Shown here: piece after piece, positions 17,763 to 28,269 of the stretch
Numbering within the stretch: position 1 is the first letter of the stretch
Layout of the letters: the number at the start of each line of letters is the position of its first letter
DNA from: Alphaproteobacteria bacterium
GTDB taxonomy: Bacteria > Pseudomonadota > Alphaproteobacteria > MPNO01 > UBA830
Assembly: GCA_965243135.1 (NCBI GenBank)
Contig: OZ251539.1
Location: forward strand, 1,088,001 to 1,152,000
Direction of reading: 5' to 3'
Length of the DNA: 64,000 nucleotides
The notes under the pieces: generated by a model
What the model was told of the DNA's origin: nothing
Seen by the model: the letters and a program-made list of their open reading frames with translations, nothing else
Databases searched by the model: none
Made by a program: the position numbers and the translations under genes

Positions 17763-20135
17763 TCACTCGGGCCGGAGGCGCGATACGCCGATGGCCTCGC
17801 GCGCCGCCGCTTCGCGGGACTGGGCGATCTTCATGTAACGTCCGTTCCGCCAGCTCTCCGTCGTGTTGTCGTACAGCGCGGAAAGCGGGTTGCCGGACTG
17901 CCCGGTAGCGACCGCGAATTGCGAGTTTTCGAGCGACGACAGATCGTAGATGGCCCTGTATCCCGGTCCGTGAACGCTGGCGAAGGGCGAACGCGCGTCG
18001 TTCAGGCGGTGCTGGCCGCGGTTGACGGTGAACGCGCCGCCGCCGCTCTCCACGCGAATGTCGGCCAGGGAGCGCAGCACCGGAATCCTTCCGAACAGCG
18101 GGTGCCGGAACAGAGCTTCGTGCGCCGCGCCCCAACGCCATTCGCTCATGTCCGTTCCGAAACGCTCCCTGAGCTGGTCGAGAGCGCGCGCGAGCGCCTC
18201 CGTCACCACTTGCCCGCAGCCTTCCCGGGCGTCGGTCGCCGCATGGTCGCACCAGACGGTTCGTCGGGTCAGCATGCGGCGCGCGACTCTGGGGCGAAGG
18301 CCCCAGTACTCCTCGAAAAATTCTCCGAGTTCGTCTGCGTAAAGCCCGCGATTGACCTCCGCCAGCCACGCCGTGAAGACGAGCGGGGCGCCGAGTTCGC
18401 GCGACATCCGGCCGTCCCATCGCCGCAGCAATGAAACGGCGGCGCGGCCCTGTTCGTCGGCGGGGTCGGCGCGCTCCAGGAGCAAGGGCAACAGGGCCTT
18501 GGCGGCGTGCGACAGGACGTCGTTCTGCAATTCGGCCTCCGTTTCGAGCGTCCTGGGCCGCGGAGAATCCAGATGCTCGAGGATCCGGGACGCGCGGTAG
18601 GGCGCCGGCCAGTCGCGCGTCAGATGCCAGCGATAGCCGGGCGGAACGATGCGATGGTTCGCGTTGACGACGCGGCCGGAACGCGGATTGAAGGCCGTCG
18701 GCAGCTGATCGAAAGGAATGAAGCCCGACCACTCGTGCGTGCCCGTCCATCCGGGAACCGGCGCGCCGCCGTCGCCCCGGCTGCGAACAGGAACCCGTCC
18801 GGGCGCCATGAAGCCGATGTTGCCGTCGATGTCCGCGTAGGTGATGTTCTGTTGCGGCGAATGGAAGTGCCGCAGCGCCTCCCGGAATTCGTTCCAGTCG
18901 CGGGCCTGGTTGATTCTCAGAATCGCGAGCGGCGTGAGGTCGTCGGGCCGCAGGCCTGCGGACGCCAGCGCGACGACGTGACCTTCCGGCGCTTCGAATC
19001 GGCGGTCGAAGTCGGAGATGACGGGGCCGTGCACCGTCTGCCTCACCTTGTGCCGAACCGGATCGCGCCCCCTGACCCCGATCTCCTCGGTGCGCGTCGC
19101 GAATGGACGCGGGCCGTTCGGTCCCTCGTAGCCGCCGGATGCGGCGAGGCGCTCTATGTACAAATCCTGCGTGTCGCTGTCGGTGGTGGTGAACGCCCAG
19201 GCGATGCGCCCGTTGTGGCCGAGGACGTGAAACGGCACTCCCGCGACCGTGGCGCCGGTCACGTCGAGGCCCGGCGCCTTGAGCCGGGCCAGATACCAGA
19301 GCCCCGGGGCGCGAAAGCCGAGATGGGGATCGTTGGCCAGCAGGGGCATCCCCGAAGCCGTGAACTTGCCCGAGAGCGCCCATGAGTTGGAGGCCGATAC
19401 CCTGCGCAGGGCGTCGGGCACGCTGCGGAGCAACCCGCCGAAGAGACGGTTGAACGCCGGTCCGGTAACGGCGGCGTCGATCGTGGGAGCGGGGCCGTTG
19501 GTTTCGACGGGCCACAGATCCGCCAGGCGATCCGGTTCCAGGACTTTCGACAGGGCGGCGCGCAGCGCTTCGGTCCTCCAGTTCGACGTCAGGCGCTGGC
19601 CCATCAGCCGCCCCCAGACGAGGGAATCCGCCGGCGACCAAGGCTCGGGTTCGTACCGGAGCATGAGAAACTCGGGCGGCAGCGCGCCGGATCGCGCGTC
19701 CAGAAAGGCGTTCACGCCGGAAACGTACGAATCGAGATAACGGCGCGCGTCCTCGGGCATTCGCTCGGCGGTCTCGGCGGCGAGCCTGTAAAGACCCAGG
19801 GTCCGCATGGTGCGGTCGATCTGCAACGTAGGACTGCCGACCACCTCGGAAAGCCGGCCGGCCCCGAGGCGGCGCATGAAATCCATCTGGAACAGGCGAT
19901 CCCGCGCATGGACGAAGCCGAGAGCGAAATAGGCGTCCTCCGGCGTGGCCGCATGGATGTGCGGTACGCCGTTTCTGTCGTGGATCAGTTCGACGTCGGC
20001 GCCGAGTCCGGCAAGGCGCGTTTCTCCCGCCAGATCGGGGAGCGAGGTGCGCAGCCAGAGAAAACCTCCGGCGACCGCGAGGACGCATGCGGCCGCCAGG
20101 CCGCCAAGAATTCGAAACAGTATCTTTCGCCGCAT
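17763..20135 (-). CDS. Penicillin acylase family Ntn-hydrolase
   Basis: GVPHI, FVHARDRLFQMD, nucleophile SNSW, LANDPHL, GQSGNP; N-terminal anchor from MRRKILF. Confidence 0.92.
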   Translation of the reverse strand: MRRKILFRILGGLAAACVLAVAGGFLWLRTSLPDLAGETRLAGLGADVELIHDRNGVPHIHAATPEDAYFALGFVHARDRLFQMDFMRRLGAGRLSEVVGSPTLQIDRTMRTLGLYRLAAETAERMPEDARRYLDSYVSGVNAFLDARSGALPPEFLMLRYEPEPWSPADSLVWGRLMGQRLTSNWRTEALRAALSKVLEPDRLADLWPVETNGPAPTIDAAVTGPAFNRLFGGLLRSVPDALRRVSASNSWALSGKFTASGMPLLANDPHLGFRAPGLWYLARLKAPGLDVTGATVAGVPFHVLGHNGRIAWAFTTTDSDTQDLYIERLAASGGYEGPNGPRPFATRTEEIGVRGRDPVRHKVRQTVHGPVISDFDRRFEAPEGHVVALASAGLRPDDLTPLAILRINQARDWNEFREALRHFHSPQQNITYADIDGNIGFMAPGRVPVRSRGDGGAPVPGWTGTHEWSGFIPFDQLPTAFNPRSGRVVNANHRIVPPGYRWHLTRDWPAPYRASRILEHLDSPRPRTLETEAELQNDVLSHAAKALLPLLLERADPADEQGRAAVSLLRRWDGRMSRELGAPLVFTAWLAEVNRGLYADELGEFFEEYWGLRPRVARRMLTRRTVWCDHAATDAREGCGQVVTEALARALDQLRERFGTDMSEWRWGAAHEALFRHPLFGRIPVLRSLADIRVESGGGAFTVNRGQHRLNDARSPFASVHGPGYRAIYDLSSLENSQFAVATGQSGNPLSALYDNTTESWRNGRYMKIAQSREAAAREAIGVSRLRPE

Positions 20136-20272
20136 GGACAATCCGACCTGTTGGGGAGCGCGGGCGCTTCCTGACTTTCTTTCGGGACGCCGACAAGCGC
20201 GGTTTCGTCCCCCGGCGCGGGCGACGAACGCGAGTAAAATGCCATCGCCGCGCGCCGAGGCAAGCGGAGGCG

Positions 20273-20719
20273 TCAACGGTAATCGGCGGACGGGTCGAAC
20301 TTCGCGCCTTCCTCCAGAAGGCCGTGGCCGGGAACGTGGTTGACTTCCAGCCGGATGCCGTCCGGGTCTTCGAACAGGACGTAATAGTAACCCGGGGCCC
20401 AGTTTCCCTCCACGGGACCGCGGACGATTCTCGCCCCGGCCGCGCGGGCCTTTTCCGCGGCGCGGTCGACGTCCTTGCGGCTGCGGGCGCGGAGGCAAAT
20501 ATGGTGGAGCCCGACGCGCCCCTGGTCGAATCGCTCGTTTTCGTTTTCGGGCGGGCAGCGGGAGATGCCGATCGCGGTTCGGGCGCCGACATGGTAGCAG
20601 AAATCGCCTCCGTCGAAGACCCGCTTCATGCCGAATTCGGGTAGCAGCGCGGAATAGAATTCGCGCGCCCGCTCGAATCGGCCGACGGTCAGAATCACGT
20701 GAGCCATGCCGTTGATCAT
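20273..20719 (-). CDS. VOC/glyoxalase family protein
   Basis: HVILTV, GLHHICLRA, YYVLFEDPDGIRLE. Confidence 0.9.
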   Translation of the reverse strand: MINGMAHVILTVGRFERAREFYSALLPEFGMKRVFDGGDFCYHVGARTAIGISRCPPENENERFDQGRVGLHHICLRARSRKDVDRAAEKARAAGARIVRGPVEGNWAPGYYYVLFEDPDGIRLEVNHVPGHGLLEEGAKFDPSADYR

Positions 20720-21048
20720 GCGCAATGTCCTCCGTTGGGCGGCGAATCGCCGTCTCTTTCCGGGCGGCGTCCGGCGGAATGCCCGAACGGCGGCGCTTGG
20801 TCGCGTATCGTCAGGCTGCCGTGCAGCCGTCTTCGGTTCTTCACCGTTCGCCATCGTCTTCCCGTCGGCGGAGAAATCGGCGCGGAAGGCGCGCAGTAGC
20901 CGTCGCGCCCAACGCGCTGGGCGGACGCCGAACGCTCGGACGCCGTTCTCGCTGACGAGGAGAATGCAAGTTTCGCCTCCCTCGTCGCCGCGGCATGGAC
21001 GCCGGCGACCGGCTTCGGTTGCGGGGCGGCAGGCACGGCGCGGCGGGG

Positions 21049-21540
21049 TCAGCGGAGGTCGGCGGTTGGTGGGTCGCTGGACGCCGAAGGCTTCGGAATT
21101 CCCTCGGGATTGCCGCTGCCGTTCCGGTAACGCCCGATTCCCTGCGCCGTAGCGACGACTCGGCCCGTTTCGTCCCGCGCTTCGGCGACCGACATGAACA
21201 GGGTTCCGCCGCCGCCGGTTCGGCGCGCTTCAATGGTGACGCGGCTGCCTTTCCGGACCGGCGCGACGAAGTTGACCGTCAGCGTCGCCGTCGCGCCGGT
21301 CCGGTAGTTTCCGGGCACGGTGCAGTAAATCGCCGCATGCGCCAGGGCGGCGTCGATCGCGGTCGTCAGGCAACCTCCATGCAGGATTCCGATCCCGTTC
21401 AGCAGACGGTCCTCGACATCCATCTCGATCACGCAGCGATCGAGCTCCCACTCGACAAGCCTCAGTCCTACGCCGTCGGCGAACGCTCCGAAACGCTTCA
21501 GGCTGGGGCGCGCAGGGGGAAGGGCCGCGGACATCGTCAA
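21049..21540 (-). CDS. PaaI-family thioesterase
   Basis: LLNGIGILHGG...IDAA, TLTVNFVAP. Confidence 0.85.
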   Translation of the reverse strand: MTMSAALPPARPSLKRFGAFADGVGLRLVEWELDRCVIEMDVEDRLLNGIGILHGGCLTTAIDAALAHAAIYCTVPGNYRTGATATLTVNFVAPVRKGSRVTIEARRTGGGGTLFMSVAEARDETGRVVATAQGIGRYRNGSGNPEGIPKPSASSDPPTADLR

Positions 21541-21724
21541 CCGCCGCGCGCCTGAGCGAGCGGCGCGGACGGGCCGGCGGACCGTCGCGGGGCGCTGTCC
21601 GAAGCCGTCGCGCCAATCGGCGAACGATTCGCGAATGGCCGTGCGGCGCGGCGAACGAGGCTGCGCGGGCGACGCGACGTCTTCGAGCGCGAGAGATCTC
21701 CGGCGCCTGCGCCCGTCTTGCCCG

Positions 21725-23230
21725 TCACGTCGTTCGACCGACGAAGCGCTGCAGTCCGACGTCGGCGCGCCAGGCGCGCCGGTGGGCGTCGGCGAGGTAC
21801 GGAAGCGCGACCCGGCGCGTTTCCGTCACCTTGTCGTAGTCGGCGATGAAGTGCCGCATCCGGTCGCTTACCTCGCGGCGCAGCGCGTCCTCGTCGATGG
21901 TCGTGACGACGCGGTCCCTGACGACCACTTTGCCGTCGATCACCACGCTGGAAACGCTTCGTCCGGTTTCGGAGTAGACGAGCTGGCGAGCGGCGCTGTT
22001 ATAGGGAAGCCAGGCGGTATCGCGCATGTCCAGAAGAACGAGATCCGCCTTGCGGCCGGGCTGGATGGCGCCCAGCCTGTCGTCGAGCATCGCCGTCCGG
22101 GCTCCGCCGAGCGTAGCGAAGCGGATTGCGTCGGCCGCATGGGGGGAGCCGGGTTCGGGATCGCTGACCGCCGACAGCAGGCAGAAGAGTTTCATCGCCT
22201 GAAACATGTTCTGGACGTCGCTGCCCGAACAGTTGTCGCATCCGAGCGCGATGCGCATTCCCGATTCCTGCATGTCGAGAACCGGCGCGACGCCGCTCTT
22301 GAGTTTCATGTTGCTGTTGTGGTTGAGCACGGCCCCTGCGTCCGCGGCCGCCATCCGGTCCATTTCGGCCCGGGTGATCCAGACGCTATGCGCGATGTTG
22401 AGCCGGCGATTGAGAACGCCGGCGGCGTCCAGGTAACCGATAAAGGAGCCGCCGTACTCCCCGAAGGCTTCGCGCGCCATGACGGCCTGCGACCGGGTTT
22501 CGTAGACATGGATGTAGATGCCGAGGTCGCGACGCTCGGCAAGGTCGCCGCAGCCGGCCAGCATTTCCGGGGTGCAGCGTTGGGGAGCGAACGGACCCAC
22601 CGCCCAGTGCAACGCGCCCCGCGCCGGATGGCGATCGATCTGACTCTCCAGGAAATCCAGTTGCTCGCGAACGCCGAGCGCCTTGTCGCCCATCATCGCC
22701 CGGATCTCGGGCGGCAGCAGATGGCCGTTGTGCACCATGCCCACCGGCGGGATGTCGGAAACCATGGGCGCGAACACGACGCGCTCCCCGATCTCCCGGT
22801 AGGCGGAGATGACGACGTCGACGTAGTCCTCGGACAGCGGAACCAGCCCCAGCATGTCCTGAACGGTCGTAATTCCGCAGCGCATGGACTCGAGCGCTCC
22901 GACCAGCGTTCGCAGCCGCACTTCTTCCTTGCTGCGATTTCCGCCCATGGGAAGCGTGTAGAGCAGCCACGTCTCGAGCGGCATTTCCTCGAACAGGCCG
23001 CGGCACAACGTGTCGTGGGAATGGTAGTGCCCGTTGATCAGTCCGGGAATTACGAGGTGGTCGGCGGCATCGAGTATTTCCGCGCCCGCGGTCCGACCGG
23101 CCGGCAGGTCGTTGCCGACCGCCACGATGTCGGCGCCCTCGACGAGGATGTCGGCCACGGGCGGTCTGTGGACGTCGCTGTCATGGTCGTAAACGTATCC
23201 GCCGACGATCAGGAGTTTCCGCTTGTCCAA
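21725..23230 (-). CDS. Amidohydrolase (AtzA/MtaD-like deaminase or chlorohydrolase)
   Basis: PGLINGHYH, IHVYET, IAHSVW, LGCD, G.IQPGRKADLV. Confidence 0.9.
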   Translation of the reverse strand: MDKRKLLIVGGYVYDHDSDVHRPPVADILVEGADIVAVGNDLPAGRTAGAEILDAADHLVIPGLINGHYHSHDTLCRGLFEEMPLETWLLYTLPMGGNRSKEEVRLRTLVGALESMRCGITTVQDMLGLVPLSEDYVDVVISAYREIGERVVFAPMVSDIPPVGMVHNGHLLPPEIRAMMGDKALGVREQLDFLESQIDRHPARGALHWAVGPFAPQRCTPEMLAGCGDLAERRDLGIYIHVYETRSQAVMAREAFGEYGGSFIGYLDAAGVLNRRLNIAHSVWITRAEMDRMAAADAGAVLNHNSNMKLKSGVAPVLDMQESGMRIALGCDNCSGSDVQNMFQAMKLFCLLSAVSDPEPGSPHAADAIRFATLGGARTAMLDDRLGAIQPGRKADLVLLDMRDTAWLPYNSAARQLVYSETGRSVSSVVIDGKVVVRDRVVTTIDEDALRREVSDRMRHFIADYDKVTETRRVALPYLADAHRRAWRADVGLQRFVGRTT

Positions 23231-23978
23231 TTGTCGCTTCTCCTAAATGGCGCGGCGCATTTTTCCATACGAAGATGTCTGGAGAATATAGCAGGATAAC
23301 CGTTTCGCCGGGTACGTTCGAACGCTTCGTCGGCTGCGATACGCTGCGGTCGCGAAGTCAGACGCGCAACGCGGGTTTTTGGCTGGTGCCGCTACGCAAT
23401 GGCCCTTGGCCGCATTGGCGTCCGACAGCGCCGATCAGGAGGAAGGTCATGGCGCTGCCCGAAGCGGCGAGGGGGCGCTCCGCCAAGCGCTTCGAAGAGA
23501 GCGAAATTTCGCTGGACATGCGCTGTCGTCCGCTTTGTTGGCGTCAGCCGCAGGAGTCGTGGCAACCTTGCGCTCTACGTTGTCGCGGCATGGTGCGACG
23601 ATGTGACGATGTTCTCCGAACGGATAGTCCCGCATGGAGTGTTGAGCCGCGTGCGCTGTCCGCAACGCCTTGAAATGCGGACAGCTTTCAGGAGCACCGA
23701 ATTTTTTCCTCGGGTACGGAAAACTGCGAATTTCCCGCGCCGGGACCGCGATTTTCGCAGATTCTACCCCACGGCCGGCCGGGCGCCGCCCCTGGCCGCC
23801 TGCGTTCAGGCCACGGCCCGGCTTGCACCGGGTTTGCGGTGCGGCAACACTCGCTTTTTGTGACTGAGCGCCCGCGAGGCCCTTGCGGGCCGCTGGCGGG
23901 CGGGCGGAGCGGTTCGCGGGGCGTCGGCCGGGCGGAGGGCCGACGAAAAATGGCGCGGCGCAACCATCTCGTTTCCTC

Positions 23979-24017
23979 TTGCATATTTCATAAGCGCACT
24001 ATAAGTTCGTCTTATAG
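23979..24017 (+). promoter_or_regulatory. Putative rpn promoter with overlapping inverted repeat
   Basis: TTGCAT-N17-TAAGTT; CTATAAG-N5-CTTATAG at 23999-24017 overlaps the -10 box. Confidence 0.45.
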
Positions 24018-24077
24018 GCCGACTGTTGGCACGCGAGCCCCGCCGACCGGGGCGCAGACCGGGGAGGAGACGGAACG

Positions 24078-25103
24078 ATGAACGACGACGCCAAGTACAA
24101 GTCCCTGTTCAGCCATCCGCGGGTGTGCCGCGACCTGCTGCGCAGCATCGTTTCGAAAGGACTGGCCGACCGGCTCGACCTCGACACCCTGCAGACGATG
24201 CCGACGGAGTTCGTGGACGCCCGGCTGGGACAGCAGCGCAGCGACATGGTCTGGCGCGTGAGCTTCCGCGAGGGGGACGGCGAACTCTACGTCGTCGTCC
24301 TGACGGAGTTCCAGTCGACGGTCGACCAGGACATGCCGCTGCGCATGGTCAAGTACACGTCGCAAATATACACGGAGCTGCGGAAGAAGAAGCGGTCGCC
24401 CGGCGAGAAGCTGCCGCCGGTGGTGCCGGTGGTGGTCTACAGCGGAGAGGCGCGATGGTCGGCGCCGCGGGAGATGAGGGAGATGGTCGGGCCGGTCGAC
24501 GAGGAGCTTGAGCCGTACCAACTGCAACGTTACTTTCTGCTTGACCTTCGCCGGACGGGCGTCGAGGATGCGATGCTGGACAACGTGCTGTACGCGCAGG
24601 CGCTGGTCGAGCAAGGCCGGTGGGAGGATCTGCGGCCGGCGCTGTCGGCGTTGCAGGAGGCGACCGACCCGGAGGCCGATGCGCAGCTTCGCGGCCTGTT
24701 TGCGGCGTTGGTGCGTCAGGCGGCGGAAGGCAGCGGGCAGGTGAGCGGCGAGACGCTGAAGAAGCTGAAGTCGTTCGAGGAGACAGGGGAGTTGGGAGAG
24801 ATGGGATCGTTGTTGGCCAAACGGATGGATCAGGCTGTCGACGAGAGTCGGGCCAGGGGCTGGGCCGAGGGCAGGGAGTTGGGGCTGACCGAAGGCAGGG
24901 AGCAAGGGCTGGAACGACAGCGGGCGATCTTGTTGCGTCAGGCGGCGCGGAAGTTCGATGCGGGCACGGCAACGCGCCTCGAGGCGCTGCTGGCCGCGAT
25001 CGACGATCCCGACCGTCTTGCCGTGCTCGGCGATTACGTGATCGACAGCGACGACGGCGAGGAGTTGCTGTCGCGCGCGACGGGCGTCGCCAGGCTGCAC
25101 TGA
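24078..25103 (+). CDS. rpn: Rpn/YhgA-family PD-(D/E)XK nuclease (transposase_31-like)
   Basis: D..YKSLFSHP, RSDMVWRV, EFQSTVDQDMPLRM, LPPVVPVVVYSG, GWAEGRELGLTEGREQG repeats. Confidence 0.9.
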   Translation: MNDDAKYKSLFSHPRVCRDLLRSIVSKGLADRLDLDTLQTMPTEFVDARLGQQRSDMVWRVSFREGDGELYVVVLTEFQSTVDQDMPLRMVKYTSQIYTELRKKKRSPGEKLPPVVPVVVYSGEARWSAPREMREMVGPVDEELEPYQLQRYFLLDLRRTGVEDAMLDNVLYAQALVEQGRWEDLRPALSALQEATDPEADAQLRGLFAALVRQAAEGSGQVSGETLKKLKSFEETGELGEMGSLLAKRMDQAVDESRARGWAEGRELGLTEGREQGLERQRAILLRQAARKFDAGTATRLEALLAAIDDPDRLAVLGDYVIDSDDGEELLSRATGVARLH

Positions 25104-25975
25104 GCCGCGCCTGCCCCCCGGAGCTTGCGGCGCGGTCGCGCCCGGCGGCGGAGCGAAGCTGCCGGTCCCCGCCCCGGCGCTCTTCCGGCTGAACATGCCC
25201 ACGGCAGCCGGAGAGCGGACCCGGAAGCAGGCGCGAAAAAGGGCGCGGCGCAAACGCCTCGGTGGACTTCCTGATGAAGCGCGACGGGCAGGGCGTGACC
25301 GCCGTACCGGCGCGCGGCGAGAAATCCGTACGGGGTTCGGCGTACGGGAAGGCGATGCCCGAGAAACGAACGAGTCGCTCCGCGCGCCTTCGACGGATCG
25401 AAGAGCGCAACAGGCATTCACGACATTTCCAGTCTCTCTGGCGAATCGGTCGTCCCCGCCCGAAGCGGTCGGGTCGGGTCGGACCCATGCTTGGTCAGGT
25501 TGAACGTTGCTGCGGGTCTGGCCTGGAGCGAACCGCCTCTTCGATGCTGAACGATCTCCCCGTGCGCGGGAACTGTCGCCGAAAAAGGTGTATGAACAGA
25601 GCCAACGCATCTCTTGACGAATTCGGCGTTCGCGGAAATCTTCAGAGAGGAACATCGAGAGGGCTTAAGCTGGATCGAAAATCGGACGGCTGCGGCGTTG
25701 GAGCGAAGTGACCGAGAAAAATCGGATGATCGGGCGGAAACGGAAGATCCTTGAGAGGATGCTTGCATGAAAAGCTCTATCCTTCCGTCAGGCAGATAGG
25801 TTGAATGTCGCAGAGAGTTTGCACCGCGAGGTGCGGCAGGGCATGGGCGGTGGCTGGTCCGACTTGCGCGGAAACCGGATCTCGGAATCGGCGAAACAGG
25901 CGTGCCCGGAGTCGTGATCAAGGTGGACTACGGGTCGGGCTCGTGGGACTTCGTCAATAACTGGCGGGCATTGGA

Positions 25976-26221
25976 ATGAATGGCGACAATGATGGAGTAC
26001 CGCTTTCCACGCCCGGCAGATCCGGCTCCGGGGGCGGCGACTGCGGGGAGCGTCTGGCCAGAATCGAGGCGAAACTCGAACGCATGGTCACGCGAGGAGA
26101 TCTGGCTGAAGTCAAGGCGTTGATCGAACGCAAGGAGGCGTCGATGCTGCGCTGGCTGCTCGGCATTCTTTCGGTGGCGGCTATCGGCGTGGTTGCGGCC
26201 ATGCTCCGGTCGTTTATGTGA
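25976..26221 (+). CDS. Small coiled-coil plus C-terminal transmembrane protein
   Basis: ERLARIEAKLERMVTRGDLAEVK...MLRWLLGILSVAAI. Confidence 0.6.
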   Translation: MNGDNDGVPLSTPGRSGSGGGDCGERLARIEAKLERMVTRGDLAEVKALIERKEASMLRWLLGILSVAAIGVVAAMLRSFM

Positions 26222-26713
26222 TCTCGGACGGAACATTGGCGGCGGAGGTCAAACTCTGTCGGCACGTTTCCCCGGGAGTTGCATGGCGGTCGGCCGGACT
26301 GATCGACCAGTGCCGCAGCCAGGCCGTGGAGGTTCCCGTTGCTTTTCCTGCAAAGAGAGCCGCGGGTTTCGGGCGCTGCCGTCGACTCCCTGATCATCCG
26401 GACAGGGCGTCGGCAGAGAAAGGCCGCCGCCGTTCGGAACCATGATGTCGGTCTTGCTTGCGCCCGAAGCAGGAACAGCGGTCGCGCATGTCGATCGCGT
26501 CACTGTTCGAGTGCAAGTCCGCGCACCCGTGGCATGCCGACAAACGCTTGCAATCCGGGAGACCTCCATACAAGTCTTACGCGTCCGGCGAGCGACGATG
26601 TCGGAAGATTCCGGAAGTTGGTCTCTCAACGGAAGGTCTGTGGAACGACGCTTTCGGAAGGCTTGCGGAAACCTCCCTGAAACCGCGATGCTCGCGGACC
26701 GAGGAAAGCAGCG

Positions 26714-28252
26714 ATGAAATTCACCAGCGATCCGGTCGTCTTCCCCAATCCCAATCCGCGCGCGCCATTGGCGTCCGTCGTCGAATGCGCCACGGAGACG
26801 CCTTCGCGCGTCACGCTCGACGTTTTCTCGGACGAACGTTCCTGGCGGTTGGATTCCGGTTCCAAACCGCGGGAAAGGCACCGTATCCCGCTGATCGGTC
26901 TGCGGCCCGGAACGACCAGCAGGGTGGAGGTTGCCGCCGAAGACGGGCGCGGAGGAAAGGCGATCGCCACTCTGACCTGCGAAGCGCCGCGGCTCCCCTC
27001 CAATTTACCGCCGATGGAACTCCTCGCCTGCATTCCCGAGAGACGCGAGCCGGGCGCGATGATGTTCAACGTCCGTTACGCTCCGGCCTCCGAGAATCGT
27101 CCCGAAATGGGTTTGCTGGCGGCTGTCGACCGGACCGGCGAGATCGTCTGGATCTATCGCATCGGCGAAGCGATCGGCGACGTGCGCAGACTCGCGAACG
27201 GCAACGCGCTCTACGTCGCCGACGGCCGTATCTGCGAAATCGACTTCCTGGGCGACACCAAACGGGAGTGGTATGCGGCCGGACGGTGGAAAGGCAAAAC
27301 GCCGCCTGAAGGCGCCATTCGCGTCGATACCGGAATGTTTCATCACGCGGCGATCGAGCTGCCTTCCGGCAATATTCTCGCATGCAGCATGGAGATTCGG
27401 GAGATCGACGGTTTTCCGGCGACCGAGGACGATCCGAATGGCGGCACGGAGACAGCGAAGGTCGTCGGCGACGTGGTGGTCGAATTCCGGCGCGAGGACG
27501 GAAAGATCGTCAATCGTTACCCGATGCTCGACCTGCTCGATCCGCACCGCGTCTGCTACGGCAGTCGGGCCGCTTACTGGATTCGCCGCGGCTATCCCGA
27601 CACCTGCGACTGGAGCCACGCGAACGGCCTGGCCTACGACGATTCCGACGACAGCTTCGTCGTTTCCCTGAGGCATCAGGATTGTCTGGTGAAGATCGAC
27701 CGGACCAGCGGCTCCCTGGTCTGGATTCTGGGAACTCACGCGAACTGGCGAAAGCCGTGGAACGACAAGTTGCTCGTTCCCGAGCCGGGGCTCGAGTGGC
27801 AGTACCACCAGCACGACTGCTCGATCACGCCCTCGGGCGCCGTGATGTGCTTCGACAACGGAAATCACAGGGCGACGCCGTTCGACCGCAAGACGCCGGA
27901 GGCCGAAAGCTACAGCCGCGTCGTCGAGTTCGCGATCGAGAACGGCCGGGTGCGCCAGTCGTGGGAGCGGGGACGGCGGGAAGACGGCGCGTTCTCCTCT
28001 TTCCAGAGCGGCGCGTATCGCCTGCCCGCCACCGGCAATACCTTCATCGATTACGGAGGCGTCTGCACGGTCGACGGCATCCCGTCCGCCGACGTGAACG
28101 CGGGACACTGCATGGCGCGGCTGGTCGAAGTCGCGCCGGATGGCGAGGTCGTTTTCGAACTCGTCGTGAACGACGCGGCGGCGCAGGATCCCGCTGCCTT
28201 GTCCTCGTTTCGCGCCGAGCACTTTCCCGCTCTCGGCCCTCCGTGCCTGTAG
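26714..28252 (+). CDS. Aryl-sulfate sulfotransferase (ASST)
   Basis: FHHAAIELPSGN, DWSHAN, SLRHQ, QHD, FDNGNHR. Confidence 0.88.
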   Translation: MKFTSDPVVFPNPNPRAPLASVVECATETPSRVTLDVFSDERSWRLDSGSKPRERHRIPLIGLRPGTTSRVEVAAEDGRGGKAIATLTCEAPRLPSNLPPMELLACIPERREPGAMMFNVRYAPASENRPEMGLLAAVDRTGEIVWIYRIGEAIGDVRRLANGNALYVADGRICEIDFLGDTKREWYAAGRWKGKTPPEGAIRVDTGMFHHAAIELPSGNILACSMEIREIDGFPATEDDPNGGTETAKVVGDVVVEFRREDGKIVNRYPMLDLLDPHRVCYGSRAAYWIRRGYPDTCDWSHANGLAYDDSDDSFVVSLRHQDCLVKIDRTSGSLVWILGTHANWRKPWNDKLLVPEPGLEWQYHQHDCSITPSGAVMCFDNGNHRATPFDRKTPEAESYSRVVEFAIENGRVRQSWERGRREDGAFSSFQSGAYRLPATGNTFIDYGGVCTVDGIPSADVNAGHCMARLVEVAPDGEVVFELVVNDAAAQDPAALSSFRAEHFPALGPPCL

Positions 28253-28269
28253 ACCTTTCGAGAACCCTC

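Noticed and set aside
25400-25980. Lower-GC stretch that may be a degraded gene
   Set aside because: Multiple stops and no recognisable motif.
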